A DNA stretch of 64,000 bases from Myxococcota bacterium (GTDB lineage: Bacteria > Myxococcota_A > UBA9160 > UBA4427): assembly GCA_965250285.1 (NCBI GenBank), contig OZ252299.1, positions 928,001-992,000 of the forward strand. The letters are read 5' to 3'. The notes under the pieces are model-generated. The model made no database searches. It saw only the letters and a list, made by a program, of their open reading frames with translations, and was not told the DNA's origin. Shown here piece after piece: positions 55,532 through 64,000 of the stretch. The translations under genes and the position numbers were made by a program. Each line of letters starts with the position of its first letter. Positions within the stretch are counted from its first letter, which is position 1.

Positions 55532-56731
55532 TCAACGCACGTCCCACGTGAGCGGCAGATGCTTCACCTCGCGAATCCCCAGGCTGTACTCGGGGGTCTC
55601 GCCGGCCTTGATGCGATACTCGGGAATGCGCGCGTGCCACTCTTCGAGCGCGACCGTGAGCTCCATGCGCGCGAGGTGTGAGCCGAGGCAGCGATGCGCA
55701 CCGGCGCCAAACGCGATGTGGCGATTGCGCTCGCGGGCGAGCTCGACCTTCTCGGCATCGTCGAACTCGCCATCGTCGAGGTTGGCGGCGCCGAGCATGA
55801 GCATCACCATCTCGCCGGCCTTGAGCTGCAGATCCTTGAACTCGACATCCTGCTTCACGATGCGCGGCACTCCGGGCACCGGGGTCTCCCAGCGAAGCAG
55901 CTCTTCGATCGTGCTCGCCATCAGCGTCGGGTCGTCGACGAGCTTGCGCCGCTGCGCGTCGTTCGATGCGAGATACACCATGTCGCAGCCGAGCGTGGCG
56001 GTGACCGTGTCGAGCCCCGCGATGATGAACAAGAAGCAGATGTCGAGGATCTCCTCGTCCATCAGCTTGCGTCCATCGAGCTCGGCGTTCACGAAGTACG
56101 TCATCAGGTCTTCGCGCGGGTTCGCGCGGCGATCCTTCATCGCGTCTTCGAAGTACGCGTAGATCTTCTGACCGCTGTCGGCGCGGATGCGGCCCGGCTC
56201 CTCGAGGTCGTCGGTCTCGGCCAGCACCTGCGGCCGGATGATCCCGTCCTTCAGACCGAGGAAGTACGGCAGGTCGCTCTGCGGCATGCCCATCAGGTGC
56301 AGGAACGCATTGGCCGGCAACGGGATCGCGAACTCGCTGTTGTACTCGCACTCGCCGCGCTCGTAGAAGCCTTCGATGAGCGCGGCTGCGTCCTTGCGCA
56401 GGTCGGGGGCGATCTCGTTCATCCGCTTCCTTGAGAAGAGCGGATCGAGGATCTTGCGATACCGGGTCTGCTGCGGCGGATCGACCTGCTGCGGGATCAT
56501 CGGCCGCGTGTTGCCGAGCGCCATCTGCTCGGCCATCTCGGACGAGAAGATCTCGGGATGGCGCAGGCACCACATCACGTCTTCGTAGTCGGCGATCAGG
56601 ATCCCGCCCGTCACGGGCGATCTCGAGACCGGGCACTGCTCGAGGACCGCGCGGTACTGGTGCTGCGGGCAGCGGCTGAATTCGGGGTCGAGCGGGTTGA
56701 AGGTGGCGACGGCGTCGGACTCATCGGCCAT
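55532..56731 (-). CDS. Cytochrome P450
   Basis: DPPQQ, AGLDT, EELLR, FGAGAHRCLG. Confidence 0.95.
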   Translation of the reverse strand: MADESDAVATFNPLDPEFSRCPQHQYRAVLEQCPVSRSPVTGGILIADYEDVMWCLRHPEIFSSEMAEQMALGNTRPMIPQQVDPPQQTRYRKILDPLFSRKRMNEIAPDLRKDAAALIEGFYERGECEYNSEFAIPLPANAFLHLMGMPQSDLPYFLGLKDGIIRPQVLAETDDLEEPGRIRADSGQKIYAYFEDAMKDRRANPREDLMTYFVNAELDGRKLMDEEILDICFLFIIAGLDTVTATLGCDMVYLASNDAQRRKLVDDPTLMASTIEELLRWETPVPGVPRIVKQDVEFKDLQLKAGEMVMLMLGAANLDDGEFDDAEKVELARERNRHIAFGAGAHRCLGSHLARMELTVALEEWHARIPEYRIKAGETPEYSLGIREVKHLPLTWDVR

Positions 56732-56791
56732 GGCTGCTCTCCTGGGCGCGGTGCGCTGGCGCGAGCGCGATTCTACGCGAACCGGAGCATT

Positions 56792-56808
56792 TCTGACAGA
56801 TCGTCAGA
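56792..56808. promoter_or_regulatory. Palindromic operator TCTGAC-N5-GTCAGA (copy 2)
   Basis: tctgac-agatc-gtcaga, 60 nt upstream of the P450 start. Confidence 0.6.
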
Positions 56809-57310
56809 TCTGAGTCTGATCCGTGGGAGTCCCCCGGGTGAGACCGGTCGCCCGTCGTTGCGAATCGACCGCGAGCGCTCGCGAAGGTGCGCGGCCGCGG
56901 CGCGTTCGCGCACGCCGAGTGGCCGGCAGGAGGCGGAGGCGTCCGTAGGGGCTCCGTCCGCCTGCGGCGGCGCAGGCGTGATGACCGGGGCGTGCTCGGC
57001 CGCCGGTCCGCTCCACGGCGGGATGGCGCCGCGCTGTTGCAGCGCATCGACAGGGGGCCACCGGTGTCACCGTGCACTCGGTGTGGCGGGTGGGTCGTGG
57101 TCGCCGCCACACCGCTCGACGACCGCCGTTCCCGCGTCGATCCGGGTCGACCGAAACGCGCCCGATCGGGGCTGCTTGCGATGATTGAAGACGGCCGTGC
57201 TCGCCGATCGCGCGCGTCGTTGGCGGCACTCGGTTCACCGACACGACGGCGGCACTCGGTGCAGCGACACGGCGGTGGCGCACGACCGGGTGAAGGGCGA
57301 CGCTCCCGGC

Positions 57311-58423
57311 GTGTCCCGACACCACTTGATCCCTGTACCGCTCGTCGTCTGCGTGTTGTTGCTCGGCTGCCAGTTCGATGGCTACGTGCCGAAGGGCAAA
57401 CACCAGCCCGTCGCCGAAGAAGAACGCGAGATCGCCGATCTCGCTTTCGCCGCGCCGACCGTCGGCAATCTCGACTGTGCTGGGGGACGCTGCCGGATCC
57501 GCTACCGATTGCATGTCGCTGCCGCCGGTCACGTCGAGGTCGTCGTCGCCGGACCGCGCGGCAACGTCGAGACCCAGGAAGGCCCGCGGCTTGCCCGCGC
57601 GATGCTCCAGGACGTCGACGGCAAGATCGTCGGGCGCAACGACCCCGAAGTGACGACCGGCCCGATGAAGTTCGGCGGTGCGGTCACGCCCGGGCCGTAC
57701 TTCGTCTTGATTCAGGGACTCGGCGGCGCGTTCGAATACGTCGTGACGGCGAGCTACGGCGCCGATGCGGCGACCGCGCACGCCGGCAGCGACGCGGCAC
57801 AGACTTCCGCGACGTCGGCTGCCGCAGGTTCCGCTGCAGCGGGCACGACCGCCGGGCGCGGCGCGACGGTCGACCCGACCACGAAGCCGGGCACCGGCGC
57901 GATGTCGCACGAACCGGGCGACACGAGCGACGGTGCCGACTACGCGGCCGACCCGAAGGCGAGCCTGCTCTCGATGCGCACGTTCGCGTTCGCAGACGAT
58001 CCGCAGGCCGAGCTCGAGCAGGGCACCGAAGAGGGGCGGGGCAACCCGTTCGTCATTCGTCGGATCCAGCGCGAGATTCGCTACGCGCTCGCCGACGCGG
58101 GCGTGACCGAGGTCGACAAGGCCGACGCCGACTACCTGATCAGCGTGCAGGTCGGGTCGAAGGCGACGACGTGGTACTCGCTCGGCAATGCGCCGCGCAC
58201 CACGCCCTACGACACGTACTTCGATCGCTGGCGGTCGTTCGGCGCGTTCATCAATCCTCATACCTACGTCGACGGCACGCTGGTGATCGACTTCATCGAT
58301 CCGAAGACGGGCGATCTGGTCTGGCATGGCTGGACGACCGAGCCGGTCAACGTCAAGCTCGACAACGAGAAGCAGCTCAAGGGGGCCGTCCGAGCCGTGC
58401 TCGGGCAGATCGACGGGCTGTGA
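57311..58423 (+). CDS. Lipoprotein with N-terminal beta-sandwich, Ala/Thr linker and C-terminal DUF4136 domain
   Basis: Lipobox LLGC, PGPYFVLI, GTLVIDFID...LVWHG; start uncertain (57185-57326). Confidence 0.75.
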   Translation: MSRHHLIPVPLVVCVLLLGCQFDGYVPKGKHQPVAEEEREIADLAFAAPTVGNLDCAGGRCRIRYRLHVAAAGHVEVVVAGPRGNVETQEGPRLARAMLQDVDGKIVGRNDPEVTTGPMKFGGAVTPGPYFVLIQGLGGAFEYVVTASYGADAATAHAGSDAAQTSATSAAAGSAAAGTTAGRGATVDPTTKPGTGAMSHEPGDTSDGADYAADPKASLLSMRTFAFADDPQAELEQGTEEGRGNPFVIRRIQREIRYALADAGVTEVDKADADYLISVQVGSKATTWYSLGNAPRTTPYDTYFDRWRSFGAFINPHTYVDGTLVIDFIDPKTGDLVWHGWTTEPVNVKLDNEKQLKGAVRAVLGQIDGL

Positions 58424-58488
58424 GGGGGATCGCTGCCTCGAAAACGAGGCGGCCACGCCGCATGAGCGGCGAACAAGGAGGGGGCGAC

Positions 58489-59109
58489 ATGAAGCGCTTT
58501 CGCGTTCTGGGACTCGCGCTCTGCGCGATGATGGTGACCGGTACGGCCACGGCCGACGATTTCGTGCGGTTCGGTCCGTACCTCGGTCTGAATGCGGCGT
58601 GGGGCTATCCGCTCTTCGAGGACGAGGTGCAGAACGTCCTCGGATCGGACACCGAACTGAACGATACGTTCGGTCTGAATACACGGGCCGGCCTGCGGCT
58701 CTTGAGCTTCCTCGCGGTCGAAGCGCAGTACGAGTGGCTCAACGACTTCAAGATCGATACGGCGCCGTCGAACGCGATCCCCGACGTCAGCATCATAGGC
58801 CACACGCTCACCGGCAACGTGAAGCTCTACATCCCCATTCGTCGCATCCAGCCCTACTTCCTCGCTGGCTTCGGCTTCACCTCGTACAAGTTCGAAGCGT
58901 CGGGCGTCGGCTCGAGGACGGACACCTACTTCGCCGGTCGACTCGGTGGTGGACTCGACGTCTATCTGACGAAGAAGTGGGCCATCAATGCCGAAGCGAC
59001 GGCCTTGCTCACCGCCAGCGACTTGGGGGATCTCCCGAACAACGTCTCGGGCAGCCTCAATGGCCTGCACTACATCTCGGCCAGCCTCGGTCTGATGTAT
59101 CGCTTCTAG
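58489..59109 (+). CDS. Outer membrane beta-barrel protein
   Basis: Signal peptide, FLAVEAQYEW, RLGGGLD, C-terminal YRF. Confidence 0.88.
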   Translation: MKRFRVLGLALCAMMVTGTATADDFVRFGPYLGLNAAWGYPLFEDEVQNVLGSDTELNDTFGLNTRAGLRLLSFLAVEAQYEWLNDFKIDTAPSNAIPDVSIIGHTLTGNVKLYIPIRRIQPYFLAGFGFTSYKFEASGVGSRTDTYFAGRLGGGLDVYLTKKWAINAEATALLTASDLGDLPNNVSGSLNGLHYISASLGLMYRF

Positions 59110-59215
59110 GCGCCGCGCGCGCAGAGGCACCATCCCGCCCACCCGCGACTGAAGCCGGGGCGCCGCTCGACCGATGTCGGGGGGTGCGCCGCTTCCGGGC
59201 GCAGGGAGGGCGGTC

Positions 59216-59902
59216 ATGCGCTGGTTTCGACGGTGCAGTGGGGTGGTGGCGTGCTCGATCGCGCTCGGCCTGGTCTCGGACGCGATGGCCGACACCCCGC
59301 CGCCGCCGGCGTCCGCCGAAGTCGAGGCCGGTGCCGCGCTCGAAGAAGAAGAGGAAGAAGAAGGCCGCAAGGACTATGCGCGCTCGGGTCCCTACGTCGG
59401 GCTGAGCGGTGCGTTCGGGGTTCCGCTCTTCGAGGACCAGATCTCGGGTGCGACCGGCGGCGCCGACTTCGATCCGTCCTGGGGCCTGAACGCGCGGGCC
59501 GGCTGGCGCTTCTTTCCGTTTCTCGCCGTCGAGGCGCAGTACGAGTGGATGTCAGGCTTCGGGGTCACCGACCTGCCCCTCGTCGGCGATGCCGACATTG
59601 CGGGCCACACGCTGACCGGCAATCTGCGGTTCTTCGTTCCGGTCTGGCAGGTTCATCCGTACGTGCTGACCGGGGTCGGCGTCACGCGGTACAAGATCGA
59701 TCTGGGCGCGCTCGGCAGCGCGAATCAGGATCGCTTCGCCGGGCGGCTGGGCGGTGGGCTCGACATGTACATGACCGAGAAGCTCGTCGTGAACTTCGAG
59801 GCTTCGGTCCTGCTCACGGCGAACGACCTCGACTTCGACCAGGGATCGATCACCAGTCTGCACTACCTGTCGGCGAGTGTGGGCCTCGCGTACCGCTTCT
59901 GA
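59216..59902 (+). CDS. Outer membrane beta-barrel protein (tandem paralog)
   Basis: Same FLAVEAQYEW, GHTLTGN, RLGGGLD, LHY.SAS.GL.YRF motifs as 58489. Confidence 0.88.
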   Translation: MRWFRRCSGVVACSIALGLVSDAMADTPPPPASAEVEAGAALEEEEEEEGRKDYARSGPYVGLSGAFGVPLFEDQISGATGGADFDPSWGLNARAGWRFFPFLAVEAQYEWMSGFGVTDLPLVGDADIAGHTLTGNLRFFVPVWQVHPYVLTGVGVTRYKIDLGALGSANQDRFAGRLGGGLDMYMTEKLVVNFEASVLLTANDLDFDQGSITSLHYLSASVGLAYRF

Positions 59903-59945
59903 CGGAGGCGGGGCGCGACAGAGGCCACGCGCCCCTCGGACGGGC

Positions 59946-61169
59946 TCAGTCGTCGAGCACCGAGATCTCGACTCGGCGGTTCTTCTGGCGGCCCGCATCG
60001 GTGTCGTTGGGTGCCGCCGGCCGGGCCGGTCCGAACGCGCGCGTCTTGAGCCGGTCGGGGGCGATGCCCCGCTCGACCAGCCAGCTTCGCACGGCCTCTG
60101 CGCGGCGCTGTGAGAGCGCCAGGTTGTAGTCGGCGGTGCCGACGTTGTCGGTGTGGCCGTCGATCCGCACGCGCAGCCGATCGTTCTGCACCAACACCTC
60201 GTAGACGGCGGCGACCGCTGCGGCCCGATCGGGCCGGATCGCATCGCTGTTTCGGTCGAAGACGGTGTCGTCGATGACCCAGCAGCCCCGCTCGTCGACG
60301 TGCGCTCCGACCGGCGTGCGCGCGCAGCGATCGAAACGATCGTCGACGCCGTCGCGGTCGAGGTCGGTCATGCGCCGCTGCTTGGGCGGGGGCGGCGGAG
60401 GCGCCGGGCCGATGTAGATCTCGTTCTGCAGCGCGACGAAGGCCTCCCGCGTGTCGAGGTCATCCATGCGATGAAACGACCCGCAGCCCGAGCGCTCGGC
60501 CATCGGCTCGAGCAAGAGGGGGCCTCGGTCGTCGCTGCCGACCTGAATGGTGTGGATGCAGAGCTCGCCGCTGTGCGCTTCGAGCAGGCGATCGGTCGCC
60601 GCCAGGGCTTCGTCCGGGCCGATGTACTTGCCGTACCGCGTCGGCACACCATCGCTCCAGATGACCAGAGCCGTCTTGTCGTCGACGCCCGAAAGCTGGG
60701 CGGTCAGCTCGTCGAGCCAGCGTGCGATCGGCGTCGCCTGGCCGCGCCAGTCAGTGCGCTGCACCTTGAAGTCGAGGCGAAAGCGATCGAAGCGCTCGAA
60801 GTCGAGGCCCTCGTCGGGCCGGCCGCCGATCACCGAGAGCTTCGACAGATACGTGCCCGGCGGCATGCTCGCGACGAAAGTCCGCACGTGCGCACGCTCG
60901 TTCGGGTAGAGCACCTTGCGGTCGATCGACCCCGACGCGTCGAAGGCGAGGATGCTGCGCTTCGGCACGACGACTTCGCCCGGGCCCGGCTGCACCGGGC
61001 GCATGCGCATCGGCTGCACGATCCCATGCTGCGTCGCGCACCCGACGCTCGAGAGCACGAGGGCGAACGCCAGCGCGATCACGACGGCCCGGCCGACGCG
61101 GGCGGACCCGATGGTGCCCGGGCTTCGATCGGTCGACCCGTGGGCCCGTGCGCTGCGGCGACGCGGCAT
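59946..61169 (-). CDS. OmpA-family lipoprotein with vWA domain
   Basis: Lipobox VGC, MIDAS DASGS, DLDRDGVDDRFDRC, OmpA motifs GHTD, LSQRRA, NRRVEI. Confidence 0.88.
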   Translation of the reverse strand: MPRRRSARAHGSTDRSPGTIGSARVGRAVVIALAFALVLSSVGCATQHGIVQPMRMRPVQPGPGEVVVPKRSILAFDASGSIDRKVLYPNERAHVRTFVASMPPGTYLSKLSVIGGRPDEGLDFERFDRFRLDFKVQRTDWRGQATPIARWLDELTAQLSGVDDKTALVIWSDGVPTRYGKYIGPDEALAATDRLLEAHSGELCIHTIQVGSDDRGPLLLEPMAERSGCGSFHRMDDLDTREAFVALQNEIYIGPAPPPPPPKQRRMTDLDRDGVDDRFDRCARTPVGAHVDERGCWVIDDTVFDRNSDAIRPDRAAAVAAVYEVLVQNDRLRVRIDGHTDNVGTADYNLALSQRRAEAVRSWLVERGIAPDRLKTRAFGPARPAAPNDTDAGRQKNRRVEISVLDD

Positions 61170-61405
61170 GGCGGTGGCTCGCTCCCTCGGTTGGCGGCCG
61201 CTCACACTAGCGAATCGACTGCTTCACCCGGTCGGGCACCCCGGCGGCCGAGTGGGCACGGGCAACGGAACCATTGCGCTGCGAGATGCGCCCCAATCGA
61301 AGGGCCCATGCGTGGTATCGTCGGCGCGCCCGGCGGGGAGACGCCGGAGTGCGCTGGGCTCCCCATCGCCGGCGCACGGGCCGGTCCGCTGCGAAGGAAA
61401 CGGGG

Positions 61406-61894
61406 TTGATCATCGAGTCGAAACGTCGAGTGCGCCTCGCCCGCCTGCGCCAGGGGGTGGTTCTCACCGCCGTGGTGATCGCGTGCTTCGCGCTCGGCTG
61501 TGCGACGCCCACCGAACCGAAGAAGGTCTGTCTCGTCTTCAAGCCGACCGAGACGCTCAATCTCTACGACGGACAACCCCATCCGCTCACGGTCTTCATC
61601 TATCCGCTCACGTCCGAAGAGGGGTTCGAGCAGACGCACCCCGACGACCTGCTCGCGGGCGCGCGGCCGGCCGGCGTGCTCGCTCCGCCCGTGCCGTTCA
61701 CCGTCGAGCCAGGTGAGCTCGAGCGCGAGTTTCAGGAGCTCTTCCCCGCGGCGACCGAGCACCTGGGTGTGATCGCCGACTACTACCGCGCGCCGGGCGA
61801 CCCCGAAGGCGTTCGCAGCCGGGTCGTGCCCGCACGTTGCGGCATCTTCAAGCCCGAGATCGAGCTCGACAGCCGCGACATGGTGGCCGACTAG
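61406..61894 (+). CDS. tssJ: TssJ/VasD-like type VI secretion lipoprotein
   Basis: Lipobox ALGC; LNLYDGQPHPLTVFIYPL and LGVIADY match the TssJ pattern; TTG 61406 after AAGGA. Confidence 0.65.
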   Translation: MIIESKRRVRLARLRQGVVLTAVVIACFALGCATPTEPKKVCLVFKPTETLNLYDGQPHPLTVFIYPLTSEEGFEQTHPDDLLAGARPAGVLAPPVPFTVEPGELEREFQELFPAATEHLGVIADYYRAPGDPEGVRSRVVPARCGIFKPEIELDSRDMVAD

Positions 61895-61903
61895 CGCCGC
61901 TCC

Positions 61904-62728
61904 CTACCTTGCGCAGTTGGGCCGTCGCCCCGCCGCATGTGCCTGCTGTTCGAGCACACGCGCCGATGCCATGCGCTCCTGCAGCTCGCGAATTCGCGTG
62001 CCGTGCGATGGATGGGTCGACATGAACTCGGGGGGCTGCTCGCCGCCGCGTCCCATATTCTGCCAGAGCAGCACGCTGGCACCCGGATCGAAGCCCGCCG
62101 CGGCCATCAGGTCGAGACCGATCAGGTCGGCTTCGCTCTCGTGGGACCGGCTGTACGGCAGCAGCGCGCCGTACTGCAGGCCGACGCCCAGGGCTGCGAG
62201 CGCCGACTGCTCCTTCGTCGATACGCCGCCGCCCGAGACGGCGACACCCGCGCCCGTCATCACCATCTGCGAGGCTGCGTTCTGCGACATGCGCTCGTTC
62301 GAGTGGTTTGCGAGGACGTGACCGATCTCGTGGCCGACGACGGTGGCGAGCTGATCCTGATTCTCGGCGACGACGAGCAGACCCGTGTGGACGCCGATCT
62401 TCCCGCCCGGCAGGGCGAACGCGTTGGCCGTGGGCTCGTCGAACACGACGATCTCCCAGCTGGCGGGCGCACCGGGCATCGGACCCATCGAGTCGAGGAT
62501 CGCTTCGGCCACGCACGTGACGTAGGCGTTGGCGACGGGATCGGACGAGGCCGGCATGTCCGACTTGATCTGATCGAACGAGGCCACCCCCATCTCGCTC
62601 ATCGTCGCATCGTCGTAGATCAGCAGCTGACGTCGTCCGAGCGGAGACGTGGCGCAGGCGCCCACGGCGAAGGCCACGACGAGCATGCAGGCGAATCGAA
62701 TGGCCCGTGAAGCGGTCGAAGCGTGCAT
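61904..62728 (-). CDS. M48 family metallopeptidase lipoprotein
   Basis: Lipobox VGAC, NAFALPGG, HEIGH, ESEAD, STHP. Confidence 0.92.
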   Translation of the reverse strand: MHASTASRAIRFACMLVVAFAVGACATSPLGRRQLLIYDDATMSEMGVASFDQIKSDMPASSDPVANAYVTCVAEAILDSMGPMPGAPASWEIVVFDEPTANAFALPGGKIGVHTGLLVVAENQDQLATVVGHEIGHVLANHSNERMSQNAASQMVMTGAGVAVSGGGVSTKEQSALAALGVGLQYGALLPYSRSHESEADLIGLDLMAAAGFDPGASVLLWQNMGRGGEQPPEFMSTHPSHGTRIRELQERMASARVLEQQAHAAGRRPNCAR

Positions 62729-62999
62729 CGGGGCTCCGGTTGGGCAGCGGCTGCAGAAGCACAGCCTGCCGAGCGAGTGGGACGCCGATCCAGCCTGGCG
62801 CGTTCCATCGTGCCGGGCCTTCGACCTCGCGCCGAGCGTAGCGATTCGCGGACGCTCGGTCTGCCAACGCGCCGTGCACGAACGCGCACGGGCCGCCGCG
62901 CGGGGTGGTGATATCCTCCGACCGATTCGAACGTGCCGCATCCGCCCTCGTACACGGTGCGCCCCGCCGAGCGTCGGGCACCGCCTTCTGGAGGACCCC

Positions 63000-63800
63000 A
63001 TGGCTCTTCTCGTGCAGCTTGCGCCGCAACGGTTGAGGGGCGACGCAATCGATGATGCAGGCGGCTCGCGCGGCCGGCGCATCGGTGCGCGCATCCTGTG
63101 CGCCGGCCTCGTCGTCGCGGTGCTCTGCCTCATCGCTTCGAGCGGTTCGGCCTGGGCGCGCGATCGTCGCGAGGGCGTCGATCAGATTCGCGTGACGGGT
63201 CAGTCCGAGGTGACGGCGTCGCCCGACCAGGTGTCGGTCGACCTGAGCGTGGTGACCCGCTCCGACTCGGCGAAGACGGCGGCCCAGGACAACGCCCAGC
63301 AGACGAACGCGGTCATCGCGGCCCTACGCGAGTCGTTCGGCGACGCCGCCGTGATCTCGACGACGGGATACACGCTCGCGCCCGAGTTCGAGTACGACAA
63401 GCAGCAGGGGCGACGCAAGCCGGCGGGCTTCTCGGCGCGGAACACGGTCCACGTCGTCCTGAACGACATCAGCCAGGCGGGCCCGTTGATCGATGCAGCG
63501 GTGTCGTCGGGCGCAAACGAAGTGCGTTCGGTGCGCTTCTCGGTCGCCGACACGTCGGCGCTCGAAGAAAAGGCCCTGATCGCGGCGGTCGCTGCGGCGC
63601 GCGCGAAGGCCGAAGCGCTCGCCGGGAGCATGGGGGCGAAGCTCGGTCGCACGGTGCGGGTCGAGGAGCGCGGCGCTGGCCCGAGTCCGATGCCCAACGC
63701 GTTCATGGCCCGCGCCGCGTCCGAGTCGACGCCCGTCGAGCCGGCCGACGTCTACGTCGAGGCGAGCGTCGTACTCTGGGTGGAGCTGACTGGCCAGTGA
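63000..63800 (+). CDS. SIMPL (DUF541) domain periplasmic protein
   Basis: IRVTGQSEVTASPD, AVSSGAN, ARAKAEALA. Confidence 0.88.
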   Translation: MALLVQLAPQRLRGDAIDDAGGSRGRRIGARILCAGLVVAVLCLIASSGSAWARDRREGVDQIRVTGQSEVTASPDQVSVDLSVVTRSDSAKTAAQDNAQQTNAVIAALRESFGDAAVISTTGYTLAPEFEYDKQQGRRKPAGFSARNTVHVVLNDISQAGPLIDAAVSSGANEVRSVRFSVADTSALEEKALIAAVAAARAKAEALAGSMGAKLGRTVRVEERGAGPSPMPNAFMARAASESTPVEPADVYVEASVVLWVELTGQ

Positions 63801-64000
63801 GCCCCGTCGCCGACCCGATCAACGCGGCCGCCGAGGCGGCGCGCAGCGCACTCGTCGCGCGGCGCGCCGAGGCGTTGCGTCTCGACATCGGTGCGCTCTT
63901 CGACGCCGAGCCCGACCGCCTCGAGCGCTTCGTCGTCGACGCGGCCGGTTGGCGCGTCGATCTCTCGAAGCAGCGGGTCGATGCGGCCGGCTTCGAAGCC
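63797..64000 (+). CDS. pgi: Glucose-6-phosphate isomerase, N-terminal fragment truncated by window edge
   Basis: GTG overlaps the upstream TGA; LFDAEPDRLERF...VDLSKQRVD matches the PGI N-terminus. Confidence 0.75.
   Translation, partial: MSPVADPINAAAEAARSALVARRAEALRLDIGALFDAEPDRLERFVVDAAGWRVDLSKQRVDAAGFEA

Noticed and set aside
56810..57300. Structured RNA in the GC-rich spacer upstream of the 57311 gene
   Set aside because: The hairpins are almost purely G/C and expected by chance at this composition; no family motif.

Overview
A gene-dense, very GC-rich chromosomal segment from a diderm bacterium (outer-membrane beta-barrels, PagL, OmpA, lipoproteins, PEP-CTERM proteins). The gene mix (F420-type LLM, two P450s, split MFE-2, AMACR-like CoA transferase, PEP-CTERM propellers) resembles Myxococcota/deltaproteobacterial genomes; that placement is inference. 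About 64 real CDSs can be supported; most other long ORFs in the track are GC-rich antisense shadows. No tRNA, rRNA, CRISPR array, integrase or transposase was seen. Housekeeping genes include moaA, hemJ, iscA-like, ctaA, asd, argC, rsuA, an rsmC-like methyltransferase and a partial pgi. The most notable observations are: (i) a sigma28/FliA-like promoter motif (TCAAG-N14/15-GCCGA) in six intergenic regions, none in front of a flagellar gene; (ii) a tandemly duplicated EF-hand/PEP-CTERM gene whose first stop is GAG instead of TAG, fusing two sorted proteins that share conserved flanks and a variable core; (iii) one 17-bp palindrome (TCTGAC-N5-GTCAGA) shared by a P450-ferredoxin operon and a secreted Cys-repeat protein 40 kb away; (iv) a hairpin-dense intergenic block downstream of moaA; (v) an exact 42-bp duplication of the argC 3' end; (vi) an arsS-DedA-flavoprotein operon without arsM or glycosyltransferases; (vii) an orphan tssJ-like gene; and (viii) several probable leaderless genes and one probable CTG start. 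All family assignments come from motif recognition, not database searches.
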